A stretch of 64,000 nucleotides of DNA from Eledone cirrhosa (lineage: Eukaryota): positions 372,001 through 436,000 of the forward strand of contig OZ024741.1 of NCBI GenBank assembly GCA_964016885.1. The letters run 5' to 3'. A program made the translations under genes and the position numbers. Below, one piece after another: positions 27,401 to 42,400 of the stretch. Below the pieces are notes generated by a model, which was not told the origin of the DNA, ran no database searches, and saw only the letters and a list, made by a program, of their open reading frames with translations. Within the stretch, counting starts at the first letter, position 1, and each line of letters starts with the position of its first letter.

Positions 27401-30400
27401 ATTGGTTATAGCTGCCTACCTTTCATGGTCCATTGGCTATAGCTGCTTACGTTTCATGGTCCATTGGCTATAGCTGCTTACCTTTTATGGTCATTTGGAT
27501 ATAGCTGCTTACCTTTCATGGTCAATTAGCTATAGCTGCCTACCTTGCATGGTCCATTGGCTATAGCTGCCTACCTTTCATGGTCCATTGGCTATATCCG
27601 CCTACCTTTTACGGTCCATTGGCTATAGCTGCTTACCTTTCATGTTCCATTGGTTTAGGCTGCTTACCTTTCCTTGGACCATTGGCTATAGTTGCTTACC
27701 TTTCATGTTCTATTGGCTATAGCTGCTTACCTTTCAAGGTCCATTCACTATAACTGCTTGGTCCATAGGCTAAGGCTGCTTATCTTTCGTGGTCCATTGG
27801 CTCTAGCTGCTTAGTTTTCATGGTCAGTAGGCTATAGCTGCTTACCTTTCAAGGTCCATTGGTTATAGCTGCCTACCTTTCATGGTCCATTGGTTATAGC
27901 TGCCTACCTTTCATGGTCCATTGGCTATAGCTGCTTATCTTTCATGGTCCACTGGCTCTAGCTACTTACCTTTCATGGTCAGTAGGCTATAGCTGCTTAC
28001 CTTTCATAGTCCATTGGCTATAGCTGCTCACCTTTCATGGTCCATTGGCTATAGCTGCTTACCTTTCACGGTCCATTGGTTTAGACTGCTTACCTTTCAT
28101 GGTCCACTGGCTGTAGCTGCTTACCTTTCATGGTTAATTGGCTATAGCTGTTAACCTTTCATGGGCCATTGGCTATGGCTGCTCACCTTTCATGGTCCAT
28201 TGGCTATAGCTGCTTACCTTTCACGGTCCATTGGTTTAGACTGCTTACCTTTCATGGTCCACTGGCTGTAGCTGCTTACCTTTCATGGTCAATTGGCTAC
28301 AGCTGCTTACCTTTCATGGTCCATTGGTTTATGCTGCTTACCTTTCATGGTCCATTGGTTATAGCTGCTTACCTTTCATGGTCAATTGGCTATAGCTGCT
28401 TAACTTGCATGGTTCATTGGTTTAGGCTGCTTACCTTTCATGGTCCATTGGCTATAGCTGCTTACCTTTCATGTTCCATTGGTTTAGGCTGCTTACCTTT
28501 CATGGTCCATTGGCCATAGCTGCTGACCTTTCATGGTCCATTGGCTATAGCTGCTTACCTTTCATGGTCCATTGGTTTAGGCTGCTTACCTTTCATGATC
28601 CATTGGCTATAGCTGCTTACCTTTCATGGTCAATTGCCTTAGACTGCTTTCCTTTCATGGTTTATTGGCTATAGCTGCTTACCTTTCATGGTCCATTGGC
28701 TCTAGCTGCTTACCTTTCATGGTCAGTAGGCTATAGCTGCTTACCTTTCAAGGTCCATTGGCTATAGTTGCTTACCTTTCATGGTCCATTAGCTATAGCT
28801 ACTTACCTTTCATGGTCATAAGGCTATAGCTGCTTACATTTTATGGTCCATTGGCTATAGCTGCCTACCTTTCAAGGTCCATTGGCTATAGCTGCTTACC
28901 TTTCAAGGTCCATTGGCTATTGCTGCTTACCTTCAAGGTCCATTGGCTATTGCTGCTTACCTTTCAAGGTCCATTGGCTATAGCTGCTTACCTTTCATGG
29001 TCCATTGGCTATAGCTGCTTAACTGTCATGGTCCATTGGCTATAGCTGCTTACCTTTCATGGTCCGTTGGCTATAGCTGCTTACCTTTCATGGTCCATTG
29101 GTTTAGGCTACTTACCTTTCATGATCCATTGGCTATAGCTGCTTACCTTTCATGGTCAATTGGCTTAGACTGCTTTCCTTTCATGGTTTATTGGCTATAG
29201 CTGCTTACCTTTCATGGTCTATTGTCTATAGCTGCCTACCTTTCATGGTCCATTGGCTATAGATGCTTCCCTTTCATGGTCCATTGGCTATAGCTGCTTG
29301 CCTTTTATGGTCATTTGGCTATAGCTGCTTGCCTTTTATGGTCATTTGGCTATAGCTGCTTACCTTTCATGGTCAATTGGCTATAGCTACCTACCTTTCA
29401 TGGTCCATTGGCTATATCTGCCTACCTTTCATGGTCCATTGGCTATATCTGTCTACCTTTTACGGTCCATTGGCTATAGCTGCTTCCCTTTTATGGTCCA
29501 TTGTCTATAGCTGCTTACCTTTCATGGTCCATTGGCTTGGGCTGCTTAACTTTCATGGTCCATTGGCTATAGCTGCTTATCTGTCATGGTTCACTGGCTC
29601 TAGCTGCTTACCTTTCATGGTCAGTAGGCTATAGCTGCTTACCTTTCAAGGTCCATTGGCTTAGGCTGATTACCTTTCATGGTCCATTGGCTATAGTTGC
29701 TTACCTTTCATGGTCCATTGGCTATAGCTACTTACCTTTCATGGGCCATTGGCTAAAGCTGCTTACCTTTTATGGTCCATTGGCTATAGCTGCCTACCTT
29801 TCAAGGTCCATTGGCTATAGCTGCTTACCTTTCATGGTCCATTGGTTTAGGCTGCTTTCCTTTCATGGTCCATTTGCTATAGCTGCTTGCCTTTCATGGT
29901 CAATAGGCTATAGCTGCCTACCTTTCATGGTCCATTTGCTATATCTGCCTTCCTTTGATGGTCCATTGTCTATAGCTGCTTACCTTTCATGGTCCATTGG
30001 CTATAGCTGCTCACCTTTCATGGTCAATTGGCTATAGCTGCTTACCTTTCATGGTCAATTGGCTTAGGCTGCTTACCTTTCATGGTCCATTGCCTATAGC
30101 TGCTTACCTTTCATGGTCCATTGGCTATAGTTGCTTACCTTTCATGGTCAATAGGCTATAGCTGCCTACCTTTCATGGTCAATTGGCTATAGCTGCTTTC
30201 CTTTCATGGTCCATTGGCTGTAGCTGCTTACCTTTCATGGTCCAGTGGCTTAGGCTGATTACCTTTTATGGTCCATTGTCTATAGCTGCCTACCTTTCAT
30301 GGTCCATTGGCTATAGCTGCTTACTCTTCATGGTCCAATGGCTTAGGCTGCTTACCTATCATGGTCCATTGGCTTAGGCTGCCTACCTTTCATGGTCCAT

Positions 30401-33400
30401 TGGCTATTGCTGCTTACCTTTTATGGTTATTTGGCTATAGCTGCTTACCTTTCATGGTGCATTGGTTATAGCTGCCTACCTTTCATGGTCCATTGGCTAT
30501 AGCTGCTTACGTTTCATGGTCCATTGGCTATAGCTGCTTACCTTTTATGGTCATTTGGATATAGCTGCTTACCTTTCATGGTCAATTAGCTATAGCTGCC
30601 TACCTTGCATGGTCCATTGGCTATAGCTGCCTACCTTTCATGGTCCATTGGCTATATCTGCCTACCTTTTACGGTCCATTGGCTATAGCTGCTTACCTTT
30701 CATGTTCCATTGGTTTAGGCTGCTTACCTTTCCTTGGACCATTGGCTATAGCTGCTTACCTTTCATGTTCTATTGGCTATAGCTGCTTACCTTTCAAGGT
30801 CCATTCACTATAACTGCTTACCTTTCATGGTCCATAGGCCAAGGCTGCTTACCTTTCGTGGTCCATTGGCTCTAGCTGCTTAGTTTTCATGGTCAGTAGG
30901 CTATAGCTGTTTACCTTTCAAGGTCCATTGGTTATAGCTGCCTACCTTTCATGGTCCATTGTTTATAGCTGCCTACCTTTCATGGTCCATTGGCTATAGC
31001 TGCTTATCTTTCATGGTCCACTGGCTCTAGCTACTTACCTTTCATGGTCAGTAGGCTATAGCTGCTTACCTTTCATAGTCCATTGGCTATAGCTGCTCAC
31101 CTTTCATGGTCCACTGGCTGTAGCTGCTTACCTTTCATGGTTAATTGGCTATAGCTGCTTACCTTTCATGGGCCATTGGCTATGGCTGCTTACCTTTCAT
31201 GGTCAATTGGCTACAGCTGCTTACCTTTCATGGTCAATTGGCTACAGCTGCTTATCTTTCATGGTCCATTGGTTTATGCTGCTTACCTTTCATGGTCCAT
31301 TGGTTATAGCTGCTTACCTTTCATGGTCAATTGGCTATAGCTGCTTAACTTGCATGGTTCATTGGTTTAGGCTGCTTACCTTTCATGGTCCATTGGCTAT
31401 AGCTACTTACCTTTCATGTTCCATTGGTTTAGGCTGCTTACCTTTCATGGTCCATTGGCCATAGCTGCTGACCTTTCATGGTCCATTGGCTATAGCTGCT
31501 TACCTTTCATGGTCCATTGGTTTAGGCTGCTTACCTTTCATGATCCATTGGCTATAGCTGCTTTCCTTTCATGGTTTATTGTCTATAGCTGCTTACCTTT
31601 CATGGTCCATTGGCTACAGCTGCTTATCTTTCCTGGTTCACTGGCTCTAGCTGCTTACCTTTCATGGTCAGTAGGCTATAGCTGCTTACCTTTCAAGTTC
31701 CATTGGCTATAGTTGCCTACCTTTCAAGGTCCATTGGCTATAGTTGCTTACCTTTCAAGGTCCATTGGCTATTGCTGCTTACCTTTCAAGGTCCATTGGC
31801 TATTGCTGCTTACCTTTCAAGGTCCATTGGCTATAGCTGCTTACCTTTCATGGTCCATTGGCTATAGCTGCTTACCTTTCATGGTCCATTGGCTATTGCT
31901 GCTTACCTTTCAAGGTCCATTGGCTATAGCTGCTTACCTTTCAAGGTCCATTGGCTATAGTTGCCTCCCTTTCAAGGTCCATTGGCTATAGTTGCTTACC
32001 TTTCAAGGTCCATTGGCTATTGCTGCTTACCTTTCAAGGTGCATTGGCTATAGCTGCTTACTTTTCATGGTCCATTAGCTATAGCTGCTTACCTTTCGTG
32101 GTCCATTAGCTATAGCTGCTTACCTTTCATGGTCCATTGGCTATAGCTGCTTAACTTTCATGCTCCATTGGTTTAGGATGCTTACCTTTCATGCTCCATT
32201 GGCTATAGCTGCTTACCTTTCAAGTTCCATTGGCCATAGCTGCTTACCTTTCATGGTCCATTTGCTATAGCTGCTTACCTTTCGTGGTCCATTGGCTATA
32301 GCTGCTTACCTTTCATGGTCAATTGGCTTAGGCTGCTTACCTTTCATGGTCCATTGCCTATAGCTTTTTTCCTTTTTATGGTCCGTTGAATATAGCTGCT
32401 TACTTTTCATAGTCCATTGGCTATAGCGGCTTACCTTTCATGTTTAATTGGCTATATCTGCTTACCTTTCATAGTCCATTGGCTATAGCTGCTTACCTTT
32501 TGTGGTCCATTGGCTGTAGCTGCTTACCTTTCATTGTCAATTGGCTTAGGCTGCTTATCTTTCATGGTCCATTGCCTATAGCTGCTTACAATTCATGGTC
32601 CATTGGCTATAGCTGCTTACCTTCATGGTCCATTGGTTTAGGCTGCTTACCTTTCATGGTCCATTGGCTATAGCTGCTTGCCTTTCATGGTCAATAGGCT
32701 ATAGCTGCCTACCTTTCATGGTCAATTGGCTATAGCTGCTTACCTTTCATGGTCCATTGACTTAGGCTGCTTATCTTTCAAGGTCCATTGGCTGTAGCTG
32801 CTTACCTTTCATGGTCCATTGGCTATAGCTGCCTACCTTTCATGGTCCATTGGCTATAGATGCTTACCTTTCATGGTCCATTGGCTATAGCTGCTTACCC
32901 TTCAAGGAGCAATGGCTTAGGCTGCTTACCTTTCATGGTCCATTGGCTTAGGCTGCTTACCTTTCATGCCACATTGGCTATAGCTGCTCACGTTTCATGG
33001 TCCATTGACTATAGCTGCCTACCTTGCATGGTCCATTGGCTATAGCTGCCTACCTTTCATGGTCCATTGGCTATATCTGCCTACCTTTCATGGTCCATTG
33101 GCTATATCTGCCTACCTTTTACGGTCCGTTGGCTATAGCTGCTTACCTTTCATGTTCCATTGGCTTAGGCTGCTTACCTTTCATGGTCAATTAGCTATAG
33201 CTGCTTACCTTTCATGGTCTATTGGCTATAGCTGCTTACCTTTCAAGGTCCATTGGCTATAGCTGCTGACCTTTCATGGTCCATAGGCTAAGGCTGCTTA
33301 CCTTTCGTGGTCCATTGGCTCTAGCTGCTTACTTTTCATGGTCAGCAGCCTATAGCTCCTTACCTTTCATGGTCCATTGGTTATAGCTGCCTACCTTTCA

Positions 33401-36400
33401 TGGTCCATTGGCTATAGCTGCTTATCTTTCATGGTCCACTGGCTCTAGCTGCTTACCTTTCATGGTCAGTAGGCTATAGCTGCTTACTTTTCATAGTCCA
33501 TTGGCTATAGATGCTTACCTTTCATGGTCCATTGGCTATAGCTGCTTAACTTTAATGGTCCATTGGTTTAGGCTGCTTATCTTTCATGGTCATTTGTCTA
33601 TATCTGCTTACCTCTCATGGTCAATTGGCTATAACTGCTTACCTTTCAAGGTCCATTGGCTTAGGCTGCTTACCTTTCATGGTCAATTGCCTATAGCTGC
33701 TTACCTTTCAAGGACCATTGGCTTAGGCTGCTTACCTTTCATGGTCCATTGGCTATAGCTGCTTACCTTTCATGTTTACTTGGCTATAGCTGCTTACCTT
33801 TCATGGTTAATTGGCTATATCTGCTTACCTTTCATGGTCAATTGTCTATAGCTGATTACCTCTCATGGTCCATTGGCTATAGCTGCTTACCTTTCATGGT
33901 CAATTGGCTGTAGCTGCTTACTTTTCTTGGTCCATTGGCTATAGCTGCATACCTTTCATGATCAATTGGCTATAGCTGCTTACCCTTCGTGGTCCATTGG
34001 CTATAGCTGCTTACCTTTCATTGTCCATTGGCTATAGCTGCATACCTTTCATGATAAATTGGCTATAGCTGCTTACCTTTCATGGTCCATTGGCTATAGC
34101 TGCTTACTTTTCATGGTCCATTGGCTATAGATGCTTACCTTTTATGGTCATTTGGCTATAGCTGCTTACCTTTCATGGTCCATTGGCTATAGCGACTTAC
34201 CTTTCAAGGTCCATTGGCTATAGCGACTTACCTTTCATGGTCAATTAGCTATAGCTGCTTACCTTTCATGGTCCATTGGCTATAGCTGCTTACCTTTCAT
34301 GGTCCATTGGCTATAGCTGCTTACCTATCATGGTCCATTGGTTTAGACTGCTTACCTTTCATGGTCCATTGGCTGTAGCTGCTTACTTTTCATGGTTAAT
34401 TGGCTATAGCTGCTTACCTTTCATGGTCAATTGGCTATGGCTGCTTACCTTTTATGGTCAATTGGCTACGGCTGCTTACCTTTCATGGTCCATTGGTTTA
34501 GGCTGCTTACCTTTTATGTTCCATTGGTTTAGGCTGCTTACCTTTCATGGTCAATTGGCCATAGCTGCTGACCTTTCATGGTCCATTGGCTATAGCTGCT
34601 TACCTTTCACGGTCCATTGGTTTAGGCTGATTACCTTTCATGATCCATTGGCTATAGCCTCCTACCTTTCATGGTCCATTGGCTATAAATGCTTCCCTTT
34701 CATGGTCCATTGGCTATAGCTACCTACCTTTCATGGTCCATTGGCTATATCTGCCTACCTTTCATGGTCCATTGGCTATATCTGCCTACCTTTTACGGTC
34801 CATTGTCTATAGCTGCTTCCCTTTTATGGTCCATTGGCTATAGCTGCTTACCTTTCATGGTCAATTGGCTATAGCTACCTACCTTTCATGGTCCATTGGC
34901 TATATTTGCCTACCTTTCATGGCCCATTGGCTATATCTGCCTACCTTTTACGGTCCATTGGCTATAGCTGCTTCCCTTTTATGGTCCATTGGCTATAGCT
35001 GCTTACCTTTCATGTTCCATTGGCTATAGCTGCTTATCTTTCATGGTCCATTGGCTTAGGCTGCTTACCTTTCATGGTCCATTGGCTATAGCTGCTTATT
35101 TTTCATGGTTCACTGGCTCTAGCTGCTTACGTTTCATGGTCAGTAGGCTATAGCTGCTTACCTTTCAAGGTCCATTGGCCTAGGCTGATTACCTTTCATG
35201 GTCCATTGGCTATAGTTGCTTACCTTTCATGGTCCATTGGCTATAGCTGCTTACCTTTCATGGTTATTAGGCTATAGCTGCTTACCTTTCAAGGTCCATT
35301 GGCTATAGCTGCCTACCTTTCAAGGTCCATTGGCTATAGCTGCTTAACTTTCAAGGTCCATTGGCTATTGCTGCTTACCTTTCAAGGTCCATTGGCTATA
35401 GCTGCTTACCTTTCATGGTCCATTGGCTATAGCTGCTTACCTTTCATGGTCCATTGGCTATTGCTGCTTACCTTTGAAGGTCCATTGGCTATAGCTGCTT
35501 ACCTTTCAAGGTTCATTGGCTATAGATGCGTACTTTTCATGGTCCATTGGCTATAGCTGCTTAACTTTAATGGTCCATTGGTTTAGGCTGCTTATCTTTC
35601 ATGGTCATTTGCCTATATCTGCTTACCTCTCATGGTCAATTGGCTATAACTGCTTACCTTTCAAGGTCCATTGGCTTAGGCTGCTTACCTTTCATGGTCA
35701 ATTGCCTATAGCTGCTTACCTTTCAAGGACCATTGGCTTAGGCTGCTTACCTTTCATGGTCCATTGGCTATAGCTGCTTACCTTTCATGTTTACTTGGCT
35801 ATAGCTGCTTACCTTTCATGGTTAATTGGCTATATCTGCTTACCTTTCATGGTCAATTGTCTATAGCTGATTACCTCTCATGGTCCATTGGCTATAGCTG
35901 CTTACCTTTCATGGTCAATTGGCTGTAGCTGCTTACCTTTCGTGGTCCATTGGCTATAGCTGCATACCTTTCATGATCAATTGGCTATAGCTGCTTACCT
36001 TTCATTGTCCATTGGCTATAGCTGCATACCTTTCATGATCAATTGGCTATAGCTGCTTACCTTTCATGGTCCATTGGCTATAGCTGCTTACTTTTCATGG
36101 TCCATTGGCTATAGCTGCTTACTTTTCATGGTCCATTAGTTATAGCTGCCTACCTTTCATGGTCCATTGGCTATAGCTGCTTACCTTTCATGTTTACTTG
36201 GCTATAGGTGCCTACATTTTATCGTCATTTGGCTATAGCTGCTTACCTTTCATGGTCCATTGGTTATAGCTGCCTACCTTTCATTGTCCATTGGCTATAG
36301 ATGCTTACCTTTTATGGTCATTTGGCTGTAGCTGCTTACTTTTCTTGGTCCATTGGCTATAGCTGCATACCTTTCATGGTCCATTGGCTATAGCTGCTTA

Positions 36401-39400
36401 CCTTTCATGGTCATTTGGCTATAGCTGCTTACCTTTCGTGGTCCATTGGCTTAGGCTGCTTACCTTTCATGGTCCATTGGCTTAGGCTGCTTACCTTTCA
36501 TGGTCCATTGGCTGTAGCTGCTTACCTTTCAAGGTCCATTGGCTATAGCGACTTACCTTTCATGGTCAATTAGCTATAGCTGCTTACCTTTCATGGTCCA
36601 TTGGCTATAGCTGCTTACCTTTCATGGTCCATTGGTTTAGACTGCTTACCTTTCATGGTCCATTGGCTGTAGCTGCTTACTTTTCATGGTTAATTGGCTA
36701 TAGCTGCTTACCTTTCATGGTCAATTGGCTATGGCTGCTTACCTTTCATGGTCAATTGGCTACGGCTGCTTACCTTTCATGGTCCATTGGTTTAGGCTGC
36801 TTACCTTTCATGCTCCATTGGCTATAGCTGCTTACCTTTCATGTTCCATTGGTTTAGGCTGCTTACCTTTCATGGTCAATTGGCCATAGCTGCTGACCTT
36901 TCATGGTCCATTGGCTATAGCTGCTTACCTTTCACGGTCCATTGGTTTAGGCTGATTACCTTTCATGATCCATTGGCTATATCCTCCTACCTTTCATGGT
37001 CCATTGGCTATAGATGCTTCCCTTTCATGGTCCATTGGCTATAGCTACCTACCTTTCATGGTCCATTGGCTATAGCTGCCTACCTTTCATGGTCCATTGG
37101 CTATATCTGCCTACCTTTTACGGTCCATTGGCTATAGCTGCTTCCCTTTTATGGTCCATTGGCTATAGCTGCTTACCTTTCATGGTCAATTGGCTATAGC
37201 TACCTACCTTTCATGGTCCATTGGCTATATCTGCCTACCTTTCATGGCCCATTGGCTATATCTGCCTACCTTTTACGGTCCATTGGCTATAGCTGCTTCC
37301 CTTTTATGGTCCATTGGCTATAGCTGCTTACCTTTCATGTTCCATTGGCTATAGCTGCTTACCTTTCATGGTCCATTGGCTAAGGCTGCTTACCTTTCAT
37401 GGTCCATTGGCTATAGCTGCTTATTTTTCATGGTTCACTGGCTCTAGCTGCTTACCTTTCATGGTCAGTAGGCTATAGCTGCTTACCTTTCAAGGTCCAT
37501 TGGCCTAGGCTGATTACCTTTCATGGTCCATTGGCTATAGTTGCTTACCTTTCATGGTCCATTGGCTATAGCTGCTTACCTTTCATGGTCCATTGGCTAT
37601 AGCTGCCTACCTTTCAAGGTCCATTGGCTATAGCTGCTTAACTTTCATGGTCCATTGGCTATTGCTGCTTACCTTTCAAGGTCCATTGGCTATAGCTGCT
37701 TACCTTTCATGGTCCATTGGCTATAGCTGCTTACCTTTCATGGTCCATTGGCTATTGCTGCTTACCTTTGAAGGTCCATTGGCTATAGCTGCTTACCTTT
37801 CAAGGTTCATTGGCTATAGATGCGTACTTTTCATGGTCCATTGGCTATAGCTGCTTAACTTTAATGGTCCATTGGTTTAGGCTGCTTATCTTTCATGGTC
37901 ATTTGCCTATATCTGCTTACCTCTCATGGTCAATTGGCTATAACTGCTTACCTTTCAAGGTCCATTGGCTTAGGCTGCTTACCTTTCATGGTCCATTGGC
38001 TATAGCTGCTTACCTTTCATGTTTACTTGGCTATAGCTGCTTACCTTTCATGGTTAATTGGCTATATCTGCTTACCTTTCATGGTCAATTGTCTATAGCT
38101 GATTACCTCTCATGGTCCATTGGCTATAGCTGCTTACCTTTCATGGTCAATTGGCTGTAGCTGCTTACCTTTCGTGGTCCATTGGCTATAGCTGCATACC
38201 TTTCATGATCAATTGGCTATAGCTGCTTACCTTTCATTGTCCATTGGCTATAGCTGCATACCTTTCATGATCAATTGGCTATAGCTGCTTACCTTTCATG
38301 GTCCATTGGCTATAGCTGCTTACTTTTCATGGTCCATTGGCTATAGCTGCTTACTTTTCATGGTCCATTAGTTATAGCTGCCTACCTTTCATGGTCCATT
38401 GGCTATAGCTGCTTACCTTTCATGTTTACTTGGCTATAGGTGCCTACATTTTACCGTCATTTGGCTATAGCTGCTTACCTTTCATGGTCCATTGGTTATA
38501 GCTGCCTACCTTTCATTGTCCATTGGCGATAGCTGCTTACCTTTCATTGTCCATTGGCTATAGATGCTTACCTTTTATGGTCATTTGGCTGTAGCTGCTT
38601 ACTTTTCTTGGTCCATTGGCTATAGCTGCATACCTTTCATGGTCCATTGGCTATAGCTGCTTACCTTTCATGGTCATTTGGCTATAGCTGCTTACCTTTC
38701 GTGGTCCATTGGCTTAGGCTGCTTACCTTTCATGGTCCATTGGCTTAGGCTGCTTACCTTTCATGGTCCATTGGCTGTAGCTGCTTACCTTTCAAGGTCC
38801 ATTGGCTATAGCGACTTACCTTTCATGGTCAATTAGCTATAGCTGCTTACCTTTCATGGTCCATTGGCTATAGCTGCTTACCTTTCATGGTCCATTGGTT
38901 TAGACTGCTTACCTTTCATGGTCCATTGGCTGTAGCTGCTTACTTTTCATGGTTAATTGGCTATAGCTGCTTACCTTTCATGGTCAATTGGCTATGGCTG
39001 CTTACCTTTCATGGTCAATTGGCTACGGCTGCTTACCTTTCATGGTCCATTGGTTTAGGCTGCTTACCTTTCATGCTCCATTGGCTATAGCTGCTTACCT
39101 TTCATGTTCCATTGGTTTAGGCTGCTTACCTTTCATGGTCAATTGGCCATAGCTGCTGACCTTTCATGGTCCATTGGCTATAGCTGCTTACCTTTCACGG
39201 TCCATTGGTTTAGGCTGATTACCTTTCATGATCCATTGGCTATATCCTCCTACCTTTCATGGTCCATTGGCTATAGATGCTTCCCTTTCATGGTCCATTG
39301 GCTATAGCTACCTACCTTTCATGGTCCATTGGCTATAGCTGCCTACCTTTCATGGTCCATTGGCTATATCTGCCTACCTTTTACGGTCCATTGGCTATAG

Positions 39401-42400
39401 CTGCTTCCCTTTTATGGTCCATTGGCTATAGCTGCTTACCTTTCATGGTCAATTGGCTATAGCTACCTACCTTTCATGGTCCATTGGCTATATCTGCCTA
39501 CCTTTCATGGCCCATTGGCTATATCTGCCTACCTTTTACGGTCCATTGGCTATAGCTGCTTCCCTTTTATGGTCCATTGGCTATAGCTGCTTACCTTTCA
39601 TGTTCCATTGGCTATAGCTGCTTACCTTTCATGGTCCATTGGCTAAGGCTGCTTACCTTTCATGGTCCATTGGCTATAGCTGCTTATTTTTCATGGTTCA
39701 CTGGCTCTAGCTGCTTACCTTTCATGGTCAGTAGGCTATAGCTGCTTACCTTTCAAGGTCCATTGGCCTAGGCTGATTACCTTTCATGGTCCATTGGCTA
39801 TAGTTGCTTACCTTTCATGGTCCATTGGCTATAGCTGCTTACCTTTCATGGTCCATTGGCTATAGCTGCCTACCTTTCAAGGTCCATTGGCTATAGCTGC
39901 TTAACTTTCATGGTCCATTGGCTATTGCTGCTTACCTTTCAAGGTCCATTGGCTATAGCTGCTTACCTTTCATGGTCCATTGGCTATAGCTGCTTACCTT
40001 TCATGGTCCATTGGCTATTGCTGCTTACCTTTGAAGGTCCATTGGCTATAGCTGCTTACCTTTCAAGGTTCATTGGCTATAGATGCGTACTTTTCATGGT
40101 CCATTGGCTATAGCTGCTTAACTTTAATGGTCCATTGGTTTAGGCTGCTTATCTTTCATGGTCATTTGCCTATATCTGCTTACCTCTCATGGTCAATTGG
40201 CTATAACTGCTTACCTTTCAAGGTCCATTGGCTTAGGCTGCTTACCTTTCATGGTCCATTGGCTATAGCTGCTTACCTTTCATGTTTACTTGGCTATAGC
40301 TGCTTACCTTTCATGGTTAATTGGCTATATCTGCTTACCTTTCATGGTCAATTGTCTATAGCTGATTACCTCTCATGGTCCATTGGCTATAGCTGCTTAC
40401 CTTTCATGGTCAATTGGCTGTAGCTGCTTACCTTTCGTGGTCCATTGGCTATAGCTGCATATTTTTCATGATCAATTGGCTATAGCTGCTTACCTTTCGT
40501 GGTCCATTGGCTATAGCTGCTTACCTTTCATTGTCCATTGGCTATAGCTGCATACCTTTCATGATCAATTGGCTATAGCTGCTTACCTTTCATGGTCCAT
40601 TGGCTATAGCTGCTTACTTTTCATGGTCCATTAGTTATAGCTGCCTACCTTTCATGGTCCATTGGCTATAGCTGCTTACCTTTCATGTTTACTTGGCTAT
40701 AGGTGCCTACATTTTATCGTCATTTTGGCTATAGCTGCTTACCTTTCATGGTCCATTGGTTATAGCTGCCTACCTTTCATTGTCCATTGGCTATAGATGC
40801 TTACCTTTTATGGTCATTTGGCTGTAGCTGCTTACTTTTCTTGGTCCATTGGCTATAGCTGCATACCTTTCATGGTCCATTGGCTATAGCTGCTTACCTT
40901 TCATGGTCATTTGGCTATAGCTGCTTACCTTTCGTGGTCCATTGGCTATAGCTGCTTACCTTTCCTTGTCCATTTGCTTAGGCTGCTTACCTTTCATGGT
41001 CCATTGGCTGTAGCTGCTTACCTTTCAAGGTCCATTGGCTATAGCGACTTACCTTTCATGGTCAATTAGCTATAGCTGCTTACCTTTCATGGTCCATTGG
41101 CTATAGCTGCTTACCTTTCATGGTCCATTGGTTTAGACTGCTTACCTTTCATGGTCCATTGGCTGTAGCTGCTTACTTTTCATGGTTAATTGGCTATAGC
41201 TGCTTACCTTTCATGGTCAATTGGCTATGGCTGCTTACCTTTCATGGTCAATTGGCTACAGCTGCTTACCTTTCATGGTCCATTGGTTTAGGCTGCTTAC
41301 CTTTCATGCTCCATTGGCTATAGCTGCTTACCTTTCATGTTCCATTGGTTTAGGCTGCTTACCTTTCATGGTCAATTGGCCATAGCTGCTGACCTTTCAT
41401 GGTCCATTGGCTATAGCTGCTTACCTTTCACGGTCCATTGGTTTAGGCTGATTACCTTTCATGATCCATTGGCTATAGCCTCCTACCTTTCATGGTCCAT
41501 TGGCTATAGATGCTTCCCTTTCATGGTCCATTGGCTATAGCTACCTACCTTTCATGGTCCATTGGCTATATCTGCCTACCTTTCATGGTCCATTGGCTAT
41601 ATCTGCCTACATTTTACGGTCCATTGGCTATAGCTGCTTCCCTTTTATGGTCCATTGGCTATAGCTGCTTACCTTTCATGGTCAATTGGCTATAGCTACC
41701 TACCTTTCATGGTCCATTGGCTATATCTGCCTACCTTTCATGGCCCATTGGCTATATCTGCCTACCTTTTACGGTCCATTGGCTATAGCTGCTTCCCTTT
41801 TATGGTCCATTGGCTATAGCTGCTTACCTTTCATGTTCCATTGGCTATAGCTGCTTACCTTTCATGGTCCATTGGCTAAGGCTGCTTACCTTTCATGGTC
41901 CATTGGCTATAGCTGCTTATTTTTCATGGTTCACTGGCTCTAGCTGCTTACCTTTCATGGTCAGTAGGCTATAGCTGCTTACCTTTCAAGGTCCATTGGC
42001 CTAGGCTGATTACCTTTCATGGTCCATTGGCTATAGTTGCTTACCTTTCATGGTCCATTGGCTATAGCTGCTTACCTTTCATGGTCCATTGGCTATAGCT
42101 GCCTACCTTTCAAGGTCCATTGGCTATAGCTGCTTAACTTTCATGGTCCATTGGCTATTGCTGCTTACCTTTCAAGGTCCATTGGCTATAGCTGCTTACC
42201 TTTCATGGTCCATTGGCTATAGCTGCTTACCTTTCATGGTCCATTGGCTATTGCTGCTTACCTTTGAAGGTCCATTGGCTATAGCTGCTTACCTTTCAAG
42301 GTTCATTGGCTATAGATGCGTACTTTTCATGGTCCATTGGCTATAGCTGCTTAACTTTAATGGTCCATTGGTTTAGGCTGCTTATCTTTCATGGTCATTT

